Below are positions 29,796 to 39,172 of a stretch of DNA of 64,000 nt, piece after piece (the stretch's first letter is position 1; each line of letters opens with the position of its first letter). Under the pieces are notes generated by a model, which did no database searches, was not told the DNA's origin, and saw nothing but the letters and a program-made list of their open reading frames with translations. The translations under genes were made by a program, and so were the position numbers. The stretch spans positions 1,650 to 65,649 of the forward strand of contig LCRX01000003.1 of NCBI GenBank assembly GCA_001004885.1, in the 5' to 3' direction. The stretch comes from Candidatus Magasanikbacteria bacterium GW2011_GWA2_56_11. GTDB lineage: Bacteria; Patescibacteriota; Patescibacteriia; Magasanikbacterales; UBA922.

Positions 29796-31136
29796 ATGTT
29801 AGAGACAATACTTATTACTTTCTTCGTCTTCGCTTACGCCGCCCTCGCCTGGCGCCGCTTTAATATCGCCCTTAGCCTGCTGTTCCTGCTGCTGCCCGCC
29901 TATCTTATCCGCTTTGAGATCGGCCCGCTGCCGACAACGCTTCTTGAGGCCATGATCTGGGTTATTATTCTGGTCTGGCTGGTTAAAAATTGGCGGCAGC
30001 TACCCCATAGCATCTTCGCCTGGCTCCTTTCCCGGCAAAACCGCTCCCTGGTCATAGCCGTCGCGCTTTTCCTTCTGGGGGCCACGCTGGCCGTTTTCAC
30101 ATCTGCGCACACCCGCGCCGCGCTTGGCGAGTGGAAGGCTTTCTACATCGAGCCGGTACTCCTGTTTTTGGTCCTCACGACAGTGTTTATCAAAAAGGGC
30201 TCCTCAGGAGATTCTCAGGAACGGCTGGCCAGCAACCCTCCCGATCTTATTCTTTTGTCACTGATTGCCGGCGCCCTCGCCACGAGCGCGCTCGCCATTT
30301 ACCAGCACTACACCGGCTGGCTCGTGCCGCATGCTTTTTGGGCCAACCGGAATACCTACCGCGTGACTGCCTGGTACGGTTTTCCGAACGCGGTGGGACT
30401 ATTTCTGGCGCCCGTCATGCCGCTCTCCGCGTACCTGGTACGACAGAGCTGGACGCGGCTAAAAAAAGAATCCGCCGGCGCGCGGTTCAAACACTGGGCA
30501 GCCCTCGCAACCTCCCTCATTTTTATTCCGGCCTCTCTACTGGCTATTTTGTTTGCCAGATCCACGGGCGGACTCGTAGGTATCACGGCCGGAGCCGGCG
30601 TGCTGCTCCTTATCTGCCGAAAAACCCGCTACTGGGCGGCGGCGCTCGGCGTTATCGGGCTTATAGGTATTATCCTTACTCCGGGCATTAACCCGATTAA
30701 ACAGGAGCTCCTTATGCAGGACCGCTCCGGAAAACTTCGTCTGGATATGTGGGCCGAAACGTCGTCATTCCTGATGGAGCGGCCGCTCGCCGGCGCCGGC
30801 CTGGCTTCCTATTCGACCCTCATTTACCCTTATCGGATAGACAAATGGATAGAAGTATTCCACCATCCGCATAATATATTCCTCACGATGTGGGTGAATA
30901 TCGGCCTTATCGGACTCGCCGGATTCGTATGGATTGTAGTCTGGTTTTACCGGGTAGGGTTTGGGGGTCTAAAGGCCGGAAAAACCAACCTGCTGCCGTT
31001 TGTTATCAGCGCCATGACAGTTTGGCTCACAACCGGCCTGGTAGATTCTCCGTATATCAAAAACGACCTGTCCGTGTTATTTTGGCTCCTGCCGGCGCTC
31101 CTGGTATACGCCGGGCAAAAAAACTCCGGGGGGTAA
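29796..31136 (+). CDS. O-antigen ligase/polymerase-family (Wzy_C-like) membrane protein
   Basis: Polytopic membrane protein with a periplasmic-loop motif HHPHNIFLTMWVNIGLIGL, typical of the WaaL/Wzy family. Confidence 0.6.
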   Translation: MLETILITFFVFAYAALAWRRFNIALSLLFLLLPAYLIRFEIGPLPTTLLEAMIWVIILVWLVKNWRQLPHSIFAWLLSRQNRSLVIAVALFLLGATLAVFTSAHTRAALGEWKAFYIEPVLLFLVLTTVFIKKGSSGDSQERLASNPPDLILLSLIAGALATSALAIYQHYTGWLVPHAFWANRNTYRVTAWYGFPNAVGLFLAPVMPLSAYLVRQSWTRLKKESAGARFKHWAALATSLIFIPASLLAILFARSTGGLVGITAGAGVLLLICRKTRYWAAALGVIGLIGIILTPGINPIKQELLMQDRSGKLRLDMWAETSSFLMERPLAGAGLASYSTLIYPYRIDKWIEVFHHPHNIFLTMWVNIGLIGLAGFVWIVVWFYRVGFGGLKAGKTNLLPFVISAMTVWLTTGLVDSPYIKNDLSVLFWLLPALLVYAGQKNSGG

Positions 31137-31351
31137 ACCATCCACATCCGGCAGGCGCGCCAACCGCTTCTCCGTTCTCGCTGACTCTGTCTCGGATCAT
31201 CTGTCTCTGGAGATGGACTTCAGAGCCCGGAAATAATTTTCCCGGCCGCCAACCTCGGCCGTAAGCCGGTCAGACGAGTTTGTACCGCTACCCCGCGATA
31301 CTTTTTTTTTAATTTTGCCTGTGCTACTCTACTTTCACTAACAGATCTGCC

Positions 31352-31981
31352 ATGTCCCCCACTGCCTTCCTGGTAACTTTTATCACCAATGCCATAGCCG
31401 CTGGCGGTTATCCGGCGCTCCTGCTTTTAACCATGCTCGACAGTACGGTGCTGCCGGTGCCGAACGAGGCGATTATGCCCTTTGCCGGTTTTCTCATCTC
31501 GGGCGGACGGTTCGGCTTTGGCGAAGTGGTCGGCGTAAGCGTGATTGGAGGGGTGGCCGGTTCGCTCACTTCGTACGCTATCGGCTACTACGGAGCGGAG
31601 CGGTTCGTAGAGCGGTTCGGCAAGTACGTCCGCCTCTCTCCGGACGACCTGAAAAAAACCCACGTTTTTTTTGAAAAATACGGCCACAAGGTGATCCTCG
31701 TCAGCCGCTTCATCCCGCTCGTCCGCCAGTTCATCTCCATCCCGGCCGGCGCCGGCAAAATGCACTTGGGCAAATTCGTCCTTTACACCGCCGTTGGCGC
31801 CGCGCTCTGGAACAGCGCGATTACCTATGTGGGCTACGTGCTCGGAAACAACTGGCAGACGATCGGGCGGTATACGAAAGTGTTTGACGTACTTATTCTC
31901 GCCAGCGCGGTGATTGCCGGGTATGCGGTATACCGGAAGTTGAGGAAACGCCAAAAACCTGACTTCAACACGCATGCATAA
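31352..31981 (+). CDS. DedA-family (VTT/SNARE-associated domain) membrane protein
   Basis: LLTMLDSTVLPVPNEAIMPFAGFLIS...KYGHKVILVSRFIPLVRQFISIPAGAGKM. Confidence 0.75.
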   Translation: MSPTAFLVTFITNAIAAGGYPALLLLTMLDSTVLPVPNEAIMPFAGFLISGGRFGFGEVVGVSVIGGVAGSLTSYAIGYYGAERFVERFGKYVRLSPDDLKKTHVFFEKYGHKVILVSRFIPLVRQFISIPAGAGKMHLGKFVLYTAVGAALWNSAITYVGYVLGNNWQTIGRYTKVFDVLILASAVIAGYAVYRKLRKRQKPDFNTHA

Positions 31982-32069
31982 CTAGCTGGCAGTCTGTTTT
32001 AGATGGCAAATTCTTTTAATACTGACAAAATCTGCTGTCTCAAGCAGTTTTTTGTTTTAGGGCGCAAAA

Positions 32070-32684
32070 ATGACCATTTCTTCAAGTTACCCCCACGCAA
32101 ATTCGACATTGACCATCTTTACTTTTTATGATATGAAACATCCGCAACCGAAGGGGGATGCCATGACACGTTTCAAATTGCCAAGATGGCTTCTGCAAAG
32201 GGTGAAAATGGTCACCTATGACCAAGGGCGGGGGTACGTCTCGTTCGCCATCTCCGATGAGGCCCCAAACGGTCCCAGCCAATGCATCGGCTGGGAGGAG
32301 GGGGCGAACGGACACGAGTTCCCTTGCGGGGATCCCGCCTCGTTCCGGACCATACTCGAAATCGTGGAGGGCGTAACCGGCCACGACTTCGAGGCCATCC
32401 GGACCGGGGTCTATGTGCGCGACGACCATCCCCTCTACCCGCATTGTGTGCAGGAAGGGGGCTTCCGTATCCACGTCAAGACCGGGCCTCCGATCGTCGT
32501 GGTATTCGAAGACCACGGGCCGCTGCCAATGCTGCCTAGGCACGGAGTGTACCGAAGCCTGGACGAAATCACACGAGAGGCCGTCATCGGTTTGCTCCGC
32601 CACCGCTCAGACGATCTCGTTCGCTGTCTGTCGGATGCGGCGGTGCGTCTAGCCAGGCGCGTCAAGTCATCCTCCGGTTCGTAG
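32070..32684 (+). CDS. Hypothetical protein (GC-rich; start uncertain)
   Basis: ORF only. GC is locally elevated (about 63%). Confidence 0.35.
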   Translation: MTISSSYPHANSTLTIFTFYDMKHPQPKGDAMTRFKLPRWLLQRVKMVTYDQGRGYVSFAISDEAPNGPSQCIGWEEGANGHEFPCGDPASFRTILEIVEGVTGHDFEAIRTGVYVRDDHPLYPHCVQEGGFRIHVKTGPPIVVVFEDHGPLPMLPRHGVYRSLDEITREAVIGLLRHRSDDLVRCLSDAAVRLARRVKSSSGS

Positions 32685-32689
32685 CGCCC

Positions 32690-32760
32690 GTCCGTCCATG
32701 TCTGCCCTACGCGGCGCGCTGGACGGACGGGAAACAACACCATACCGGTGTTTTTTTGTT
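32690..32760 (+). terminator. Double-hairpin terminator (gcccgtccgtcca...tggacggacggg, then acacc-atac-cggtgt followed by T7)
   Basis: Two consecutive hairpins, the second followed by 7 T residues. Confidence 0.6.
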
Positions 32761-33686
32761 TAGTGCTGTTTAAAACTCTGCAGCCCCTGGTGCTGCCGAA
32801 GCCAACGCGAGTGCAGCGGCACTTCCGAGGCGATAAGTCCGGCCACCATAATGGCCCCGCCCGCGAGCTCGGCGAGGCCGACCGCTTCACGCAGGAAGAT
32901 AAAAGCGATAAGCGTGGCAAATACCGGGTAAAGGGCGTCAAAAAAGCCTGCTTCGCTCGATTTAATCTTCTCGAGCGAGCTGTACCACAAGGTTTGCGCG
33001 AGAATAATCGGAACAACGACAATGAGGGCAATGCCGGCCAGAGAGGCCGGATCGAATGACACGCGCACCGTCTCTTCGGCGGAGAAAAAAATGAGCCCGG
33101 CAAAAATTACCAGCGCGCCCAAAAGATTGCGGTTAATAAGTATCAGTTCATGCGCGATGTGGCTGAGCTTTCGCTTGTAGATAATATTGGAAACGCCAAA
33201 AGATACGGCCGCGAGTACGAAATAAATGTCGTTCGGAGTAAACTGGGGCGTGAGGCGCAAAAGATCGGTGCTATAGAGCACGAGGCCGAAAGCCAAAAGG
33301 CCCATGCCTGCCAGATGGGCTGCGCGCACCCGTTCACGCAGGAAGATATAGGCCAGGGCGAGCACCAGTGGCGTCTGCAGGGAAATCAAGAGAACGCCGT
33401 TAAGCACGCTCGAATGTCTAAAGCCCATGAGGCTAAACAGCGGCCCGGCTACGCCGGCCAGGAGGCCCATGATAAAAAGGGGACCCAATCCTTCCCGGTG
33501 CCGCAGGGCCAAAATTTTTTTAAACTCCGGAAAAATGCCGAAGACGAGCAGCAGAACCGCTACGGATAATATCTCAGTCAAAAACGTTACCACGGCCGGG
33601 CTGTTATTCTCGAGCACCAATTTCGCCAGCGCCGGGTAGGCGGCGAACAGGGCGACCGAGGCCAAACACTTGATTTTATCCGCCAT
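32760..33686 (-). CDS. EamA/DMT-superfamily transporter (10 TM)
   Basis: Duplicated EamA-like halves and the typical hydrophobic pattern. Confidence 0.7.
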   Translation of the reverse strand: MADKIKCLASVALFAAYPALAKLVLENNSPAVVTFLTEILSVAVLLLVFGIFPEFKKILALRHREGLGPLFIMGLLAGVAGPLFSLMGFRHSSVLNGVLLISLQTPLVLALAYIFLRERVRAAHLAGMGLLAFGLVLYSTDLLRLTPQFTPNDIYFVLAAVSFGVSNIIYKRKLSHIAHELILINRNLLGALVIFAGLIFFSAEETVRVSFDPASLAGIALIVVVPIILAQTLWYSSLEKIKSSEAGFFDALYPVFATLIAFIFLREAVGLAELAGGAIMVAGLIASEVPLHSRWLRQHQGLQSFKQH

Positions 33687-33811
33687 ATCGTGTAATCTAA
33701 TGGAACAAATCGCTCATAGTATACCGCAAATTTATTAAAGCTCCCAACCTAGTAGTAGAGGGACGCCAGAGCTGTTGAGTTAAAAATTGTAAGCGGTATA
33801 CTAGTCGGGCT

Positions 33812-34834
33812 ATGCCCAGAATAAAGTTCGTTAAAATTCAACCCTGGGACTTCTTTCTCAAAGTCAAAAAAGCCAGCGGCCTTTCGTTCAAAGAAATGGC
33901 CCAGCTATGCGCCACGCACCGGCGCACGCTTTCCGACTGGAAAAGAGGCCGGTACCTAATGCCATTGTCGGCCTATGAGGCTTTATTTAAGCTAGGCGGA
34001 AATGAAGAGGTGATTTCAATCATTCCAGATTATAGCCACGCCTCGGCAGCCGGCAAGAAAGGAGCGGCGCGACGTTACCAAATCCATGGGAATCCCGGCA
34101 CGGATGAAGGCCGGAAACGCGGTGGATTGGCCGCGGTAAGAAAACTTACCGCAATTTACCCCCATGCCATAATCACTAAATTCCAAAGGAGACGGCCGAT
34201 TGCCTTGCCGGAACTTTCCTGCAATCTGGCGGAAATGATCGGAATTATTCTGGGAGATGGGCACGTTAGCGCTTACCAGACTACTGTTACACTGCACTCA
34301 CTGGACGACCGGTTATACTCTGGATACGTAGCCAAGCAATTTGAATCCCTCTTCCAAATTAAACCGGCCATATACGAGCGGCAATCCACACTGGTGATTA
34401 CCGTTGCCCGCGTGGCTTTATCCGAATACCTGCACTGCCAACACGGACTTTCAAGCAATAAAGTGAAGACACAGGTGTCAGTGCCGTCGTGGATAGTACG
34501 CCATGATAAATTTGCCCAAGCGTGCGTACGGGGGTTAATTGACACTGATGGCTGTTTCTATGTCGACCGGCACCAATATCTGAATAAACGATATCTTAAT
34601 TGCGCCCTGAACTTTACCAATCGTTCCTTGCCGATACTAAAGTTCGTGAAAGACACCCTGAGCAGCCTGGACTTGCATCCGACACAAAAGACGCCGTACA
34701 GTATTTTTCTGCGGCGGGAAAGGGAAATCGAGCGCTACTTCAAGGAAATCGGATCTAACAATCCCAAACATACAGATAAATTTAAGAAGTTCATCGCCAA
34801 CAAAACACACGGAGGAGTACCGAAGCGGTCATAA
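33812..34834 (+). CDS. Free-standing double-motif LAGLIDADG homing endonuclease with an N-terminal HTH-like region
   Basis: Two LAGLIDADG motifs: LAEMIGIILGDGHVS and VRGLIDTDGCFYVD. The last 8 codons overlap the 5' end of tRNA-Ser(CGA). Confidence 0.8.
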   Translation: MPRIKFVKIQPWDFFLKVKKASGLSFKEMAQLCATHRRTLSDWKRGRYLMPLSAYEALFKLGGNEEVISIIPDYSHASAAGKKGAARRYQIHGNPGTDEGRKRGGLAAVRKLTAIYPHAIITKFQRRRPIALPELSCNLAEMIGIILGDGHVSAYQTTVTLHSLDDRLYSGYVAKQFESLFQIKPAIYERQSTLVITVARVALSEYLHCQHGLSSNKVKTQVSVPSWIVRHDKFAQACVRGLIDTDGCFYVDRHQYLNKRYLNCALNFTNRSLPILKFVKDTLSSLDLHPTQKTPYSIFLRREREIERYFKEIGSNNPKHTDKFKKFIANKTHGGVPKRS

Positions 34835-34902
34835 CGGGACGGTCTCGAAAACCGTTTGCCCTCAAAAGGGGCACGAGGGTTCGAATCCCTCCTCCTCCGC
34901 CA
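34811..34902 (+). tRNA. tRNA-Ser (anticodon CGA), CCA encoded
   Basis: GGAGGAG ta CCGAagcggtcataaCGGG aCGGTCTCGAAAACCGt long variable arm GAGGGTTCGAATCCCTC CTCCTCC g CCA. Confidence 0.8.
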
Positions 34903-34921
34903 AATTATTCATACACCCAAT

Positions 34922-35008
34922 GGAGAGATGGCTGAGCGGTTGAAGGCGGCGGTCTTGAAAACCGTTGAGGATGAAAGTCCTCCGTGGGTTCGAATCCCAC
35001 TCTCTCCG
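34922..35008 (+). tRNA. tRNA-Ser (anticodon UGA)
   Basis: GGAGAGA tg GCTGagcggttgaaGGCG gCGGTCTTGAAAACCGt variable arm CGTGGGTTCGAATCCCAC TCTCTCC g. Confidence 0.8.
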
Positions 35009-35032
35009 CTTCCCGGGATGATCCCCCAAGGA

Positions 35033-35057
35033 GCCGTACGAATCGTACGGCTTTTTT
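35033..35057 (+). terminator. Rho-independent terminator after the tRNA-Ser pair (gccgtacg-aatc-gtacggc then T6)
   Basis: A perfect hairpin followed by T6. Confidence 0.65.
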
Positions 35058-35059
35058 GC

Positions 35060-35500
35060 TGAGATGAGCAGCGTTCCGTCTTTGAGTACGAGGTTCGAAC
35101 TGAGATTTCGGATTATGACGCGGCGTTCTTCGGGCGTCCCGTTCACGAACAGTTCCGGGGCCTTGCTTAGCCAAGAAACGCGGGAGGCCAAGGGTTCGAA
35201 CTGCTCTGGTCGCTCGGTCCGCGCGAGCTCCTGAGAGAGCCGCTCGCGCTCGAGCGTGTAGCGGCGCGAGTCGAGCTCGAACGCCTGGTCGTCGAAGCGG
35301 CCGTCAAGCCAGCCTTCGCGCAGGCTCGCGAGGCGCGGCGCGGGTAGAAGAGGCCGGCGTCGGTCCCGCGCGTGTTCATATTCTCGAAGAGCTTCCCGAT
35401 GATGTCGAGCTCGGTCATCGTGATCATGGGTTCGTGGTTGCCCGAAGCCGTTTGTCCGCCGAGCACCATGACCCCGGCGCAGAACTGGTCGCGAAGCATA
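35060..35500 (-). pseudogene. Degraded high-GC segment with a metallophosphoesterase-like fragment (GNHE) and a recombinase-like C-terminal fragment abutting the tRNA-Ser 3' end
   Basis: Minus-strand fragments VMVLGGQTASGNHEPMITMTELDIIGKLF and, in another frame, ...YTLERERLSQELARTERPEQFEPLASRVSWLSKAPELFVNGTPEERRVIIRNLSSNLVLKDGTLLISAKK. The frames are broken and GC is about 68%, against about 57% nearby. Confidence 0.3.
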
Positions 35501-35634
35501 CGGCAGTTGGCTGCCCGTTCAGCGATGGTATATACTGAAATTCTACACCTGGGAAGGGCGGCGGATTGCTGCCTTCCGGCTACCGATCGCAGACGGAGCT
35601 GCTGTGGTCGGTTTTGAAAGACAGGAGGAATCCA

Positions 35635-35751
35635 TGAGGAGGACAGAGAGCTGGTTTGCGCGGTGGCATGAGCTTCTGATGGTGCTCGCCCTCATCGCCA
35701 TGGTGGGCCTCGTTGCTCTGGCGGTTTGGGCCTTCGTAGCAGCCACATGAG
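35635..35751 (+). CDS. Candidate 38-aa single-TM peptide (MRRTESWFARWHELLMVLALIAMVGLVALAVWAFVAAT) with an AGGAGG RBS
   Basis: A strong Shine-Dalgarno (gacAGGAGGaatcc ATG), and an 11-bp-stem hairpin immediately downstream (ggacagcgtgt...acacgctgtcc). Confidence 0.25.
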
Positions 35752-36102
35752 ACAGGGACAGCGTGTTGTTGCTCGGCGACACACGCTGTCCACATCCACG
35801 AAAGCCCCACACTTGTGTGCTCGTGGCGCGCAGTACCCGTGGGCCACACGCACGGCTCGCCGGCTGCTTGGGAGAGTAGTGTGGGCTGATTCTGTGTGAA
35901 GTTAGCTAAATCTAGCTTCTTGGATGAACGGCTGAGACGGTCCAACCGGGCCCAGATACGCCGTCTTCCGGCGCGCGCTTCACCTTCTGGTCGGCGTCCC
36001 TACCGAGATCGCTCCGGCCCGCCCCTTTTACCGCGCCGAAGATTACCACCAGCGCTATCTGGAAAAAAGCGGCCGCGGTTCCTGCCGCATCTAATATTGC
36101 TT

Positions 36103-36942
36103 ATGATCGGTTCTACTTTTAGCCTGAACGGACAACTCCGGCCAATTACTGAAGCCTGCCTGCCGGTAGACCATACCGAGCTCGCCTACGGTTTCGGCGT
36201 CTACGAGTCGCTGCGGCTGCGGCGCGGATGCGTGTATTTTCTCGGCGAGCACATCGAACGCCTGCTCTGCTCGGCGCAAGTCGTCGAACTGGAACACCTC
36301 TTTACGAAAGAAAAAATCAAAAAATGGACCGAGGCGCTTGTCGCCGTTAATCCGGCCACGGCGGCCAACGTCAAAATGCTCCTCATAGGCAGCCAAACCC
36401 CGGCCGGCGCGCTCCTGTATATCTTTCTCCTGTCGCCGTTTTTTTTGGAAAAAAAAGACTACCGCGGCGGGGTCAAAGTAACCACCTTCCGCCACGAACG
36501 TTTTCTCCCCGAAGCCAAGACGCTCAATATGCTTCCGAGCTATCTCGCGTATCGCGAGGCCAGACGCGCCGGCGCTTTTGACGCCCTCCTTGTGGCGCGC
36601 GACGGCACTATCCGCGAGGGTACGCGGACCAATTTTTTTGCCGTCAAGGGCCGGACGCTCATTACTCCGCCGGTTAAGCTGGTGTTGGACGGCATCACCC
36701 GGCGCACGGTCATCGCCTGCGCCCGCCAACATGGCTACGGGATAATCGAGGACTCAATCCGCCTTAAGGAGATCTCTGCCTACGGGGGTGCTTTTGTTAC
36801 TAATACCTCAGGCGGCATCGTCCCTGTTAAGCAAATTGATAATTTCGTCTTCCCGGACGTGGCGGTAGAAATTTCCGACCTTAGGAAATGCTATTCGGCC
36901 CATCTTGACGCGCTTTTCGCGCCCACTGTTTCCTGTCCCTGA
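36103..36942 (+). CDS. Class IV aminotransferase (branched-chain amino acid / D-amino acid aminotransferase family)
   Basis: GFGVYESLR, NFFAVKGRTLITPP, LDGITRRTVI, EAFVTNTSGGIVPV. Confidence 0.7.
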   Translation: MIGSTFSLNGQLRPITEACLPVDHTELAYGFGVYESLRLRRGCVYFLGEHIERLLCSAQVVELEHLFTKEKIKKWTEALVAVNPATAANVKMLLIGSQTPAGALLYIFLLSPFFLEKKDYRGGVKVTTFRHERFLPEAKTLNMLPSYLAYREARRAGAFDALLVARDGTIREGTRTNFFAVKGRTLITPPVKLVLDGITRRTVIACARQHGYGIIEDSIRLKEISAYGGAFVTNTSGGIVPVKQIDNFVFPDVAVEISDLRKCYSAHLDALFAPTVSCP

Positions 36943-38038
36943 CTACCGAACGACTCTCCCCGAACCGTCCATACATGGCGCCGCGGTGCGGCGGTGCCAT
37001 GGACTGGCCGGCGGCCCGGCGCAGCGCCTCGGCGTAGGCGAGTTCATACCCGTCCGCCATGCGGACCGCGGTAAATCGCTCCAACACCCGCGCCCGGCAG
37101 ACCCGGCGGCTTATCCGGTCTATATTCCGAACCGCCGTTATCATCTCAGGCACACTGGCCACCACGTAACCGGTACGGCCGTGTTCAATCACTTCGGGAA
37201 TGGCTCCGCGGTTGAAAGCCACCACCGGACACCCGCAAGCGCCGGCCTCGATAAGAGCCAAACCGAACGGCTCCGGCCAGTTGGTCGGATGCAGAAAACA
37301 CAGCGCCCGGCTCATGAGACGGTTCCGCTCGCTTTCGTCTACCTCTCCTATCCAGCGAACGCGCTTACTCAAGCGCGGCTTAATATGTTCCCGAAAGTAG
37401 GCCATGTCAACAAAATCCAGCTTCGCGGCAATAATGAGCGGCAGATCCAAGGCCTCGGCCACATCGATGGCGTAGTGTACCCCCTTGTCCTTCGAGATGC
37501 GGCCCACAAAAAGCAAGTATTCGCCATAATCGGCCGCAAACGGGTAATGCTCCATAGGCAACCCGTTATATACGGTGGCCAGATGATTAAGTTCGGGCGC
37601 CAGCGCGGCCTGCGCGCGCGAAATCGTGACTACGTAAGGACGCCGTAGCGCCATAAACATATTCCGGCGCACGTCATCGAACAGGCCATGCATGGTCATA
37701 ATGACGGGCGTCGGACAGATGTTGCCGGTTGACAAGCCAAAAAAAGCCGTATGATCATGAATTACGTCAAACTCTTTGAACCGGCTGTAAGCCAACCCGA
37801 TGTTAAGGAGCGTCCAGGTAGCTACATTGCCCAGGCTTCTCTGTTGCGCTTCGCGCAACCCCGAAGGAAAAACTGAGGCCAACCGGGCGCTGGTTACGGA
37901 ATCTCCGCTGGCAAACAGCGTTACCTCGTGACCGCGCCGGACAAGCTCTTCGGTCAAGGCTGACACTACTCTTTCGGTCCCGCCGTACTTTTTCGGCGGT
38001 ACGCGCTCTATTAACGGTGAAATTTGGGCTATTTTCAT
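36881..38038 (-). CDS. GT4-family glycosyltransferase (GT-B fold)
   Basis: N-terminus MKIAQISPLIERVPPKKYGGTERVVSALTEELVRRGHEVTLFA, with C-terminal EX7E-like motifs. Confidence 0.8.
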   Translation of the reverse strand: MKIAQISPLIERVPPKKYGGTERVVSALTEELVRRGHEVTLFASGDSVTSARLASVFPSGLREAQQRSLGNVATWTLLNIGLAYSRFKEFDVIHDHTAFFGLSTGNICPTPVIMTMHGLFDDVRRNMFMALRRPYVVTISRAQAALAPELNHLATVYNGLPMEHYPFAADYGEYLLFVGRISKDKGVHYAIDVAEALDLPLIIAAKLDFVDMAYFREHIKPRLSKRVRWIGEVDESERNRLMSRALCFLHPTNWPEPFGLALIEAGACGCPVVAFNRGAIPEVIEHGRTGYVVASVPEMITAVRNIDRISRRVCRARVLERFTAVRMADGYELAYAEALRRAAGQSMAPPHRGAMYGRFGESRSVVRDRKQWARKARQDGPNSIS

Positions 38039-38345
38039 AGAACTATAGGTATGTCATAGCAGACCCCCACCTGGTACGTTACCAGTTAGCCGCCAACCCG
38101 CCAAGCAAAAGTAAAGTGTCGGTACCGCCGAACCTTCCGTCCCCAGCTCTTGACCCTGCCGCCGGGCGCCGGTTACGGTACCGTATGGAGCGCGAATGCC
38201 TGCCCAGGATCCTGAACGTACTTCTACAAGAGCACTTATCACTCAGCCGGAGCATTTTCTCGCAGCCGTAAGAGGGTGGAAGCGCCGGGCGTCAAATAGT
38301 ATAAGGCGCGTGAGAGCAGAATATTGTCCTTAGGGTTATGGGCGT

Positions 38346-38678
38346 ATGCCGACCACAGTGGAAAAAATTTTGGTTGAGCAGGCTTTCTACGCTCTTGACC
38401 GCAAGGTACTGCAAATCCGAGGCCTGGCCGACAGCGGCGGACTTGGCTTTTGGTTTAAGTTCGCCCCCGCTGTGGTGGACCTGGACAGGGAAAAGGGGGC
38501 CACCCGGCTATGGCTCCACCGGGTGGAGCGAGCAGCCCGCAAGGCTGAAAGCGATGAAGAAAAAACTAAGGTAGAGGCGGAATGGGCCGAACTTAAAAGC
38601 ACCATCGCCCGTCTCTCCCAAACGGCTGATGAACTGATGGAAAAAATCAGATCGGCCCGACAAGAAGAAAGAAGGTGA
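38346..38678 (+). CDS. Hypothetical protein (110 aa)
   Basis: ORF only. Confidence 0.35.
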   Translation: MPTTVEKILVEQAFYALDRKVLQIRGLADSGGLGFWFKFAPAVVDLDREKGATRLWLHRVERAARKAESDEEKTKVEAEWAELKSTIARLSQTADELMEKIRSARQEERR

Positions 38679-38696
38679 TTTTACTTAAGAAGGGAG

Positions 38697-38981
38697 GTGA
38701 ACTATATGGAATTCCTGTGGTTTATCCTTATCGGACTTATTGCCGGGTGGATAGCCGGCGTTATCATGAAAGGACGAGGATTCGGCGTTCTGGGTGACAT
38801 CATAGTCGGCATCGTGGGCGCCCTGATCGGCGGTTATATTTTTGGCCTGTTCGGCTTTACTCCCGACAACCTCTTGGGCTCTCTCCTGACCGCGGTCATC
38901 GGCGCGATTATCCTTTTGGCCCTGGTAGCCCTTATCCGAAGCCCCGGCGGAGGCGGCCGGCCGTATTTCCATCCCCGCTAA
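38697..38981 (+). CDS. GlsB/YeaQ/YmgE-family (transglycosylase-associated) small membrane protein
   Basis: FLWFILIGLIAGWIAGVIMKGRGFGVLGDIIVGIVGALIGGYIF. Confidence 0.7.
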   Translation: MNYMEFLWFILIGLIAGWIAGVIMKGRGFGVLGDIIVGIVGALIGGYIFGLFGFTPDNLLGSLLTAVIGAIILLALVALIRSPGGGGRPYFHPR

Positions 38982-39035
38982 AAGACTCGTTTCCATTCAT
39001 GAATGGGAAGCCGTTACTACTCGCAGAAGCTAAAT

Positions 39036-39085
39036 ACTAACACCGCCCGGCCGGGCGGTGTTAGTATTTAGCTTCCTCCCTTGCC
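39036..39085. repeat. Perfect 50-bp palindrome (25+25, no spacer), preceded by a perfect 14-bp palindrome ccattcatgaatgg at 39002-39015
   Basis: gaagctaaatactaacaccgcccgg|ccgggcggtgttagtatttagcttc, with no T-tract on either side. Confidence 0.7.
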
Positions 39086-39172
39086 ACCATCCACCTGCCC
39101 CTATAAACTACAAGAACAGCCCGGGCAATCCGGCGCGGAAGTAAGAAAACCCGGCTGTTTCCGTCATCCTAT

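Noticed and set aside
35185-35200. tRNA-like T-arm sequence gggttcgaa downstream of tRNA-Ser (possible attR)
   Set aside because: The match is only 9-10 nt and sits inside the recombinase-like coding fragment (codons ...QFEPLA...). It is likely coincidental.
35896-36102. N-terminal 69-aa extension of the aminotransferase ORF (Arg/Pro-rich)
   Set aside because: It is low-complexity with no homology, and the class IV aminotransferase alignment starts at MIGSTF (36103).
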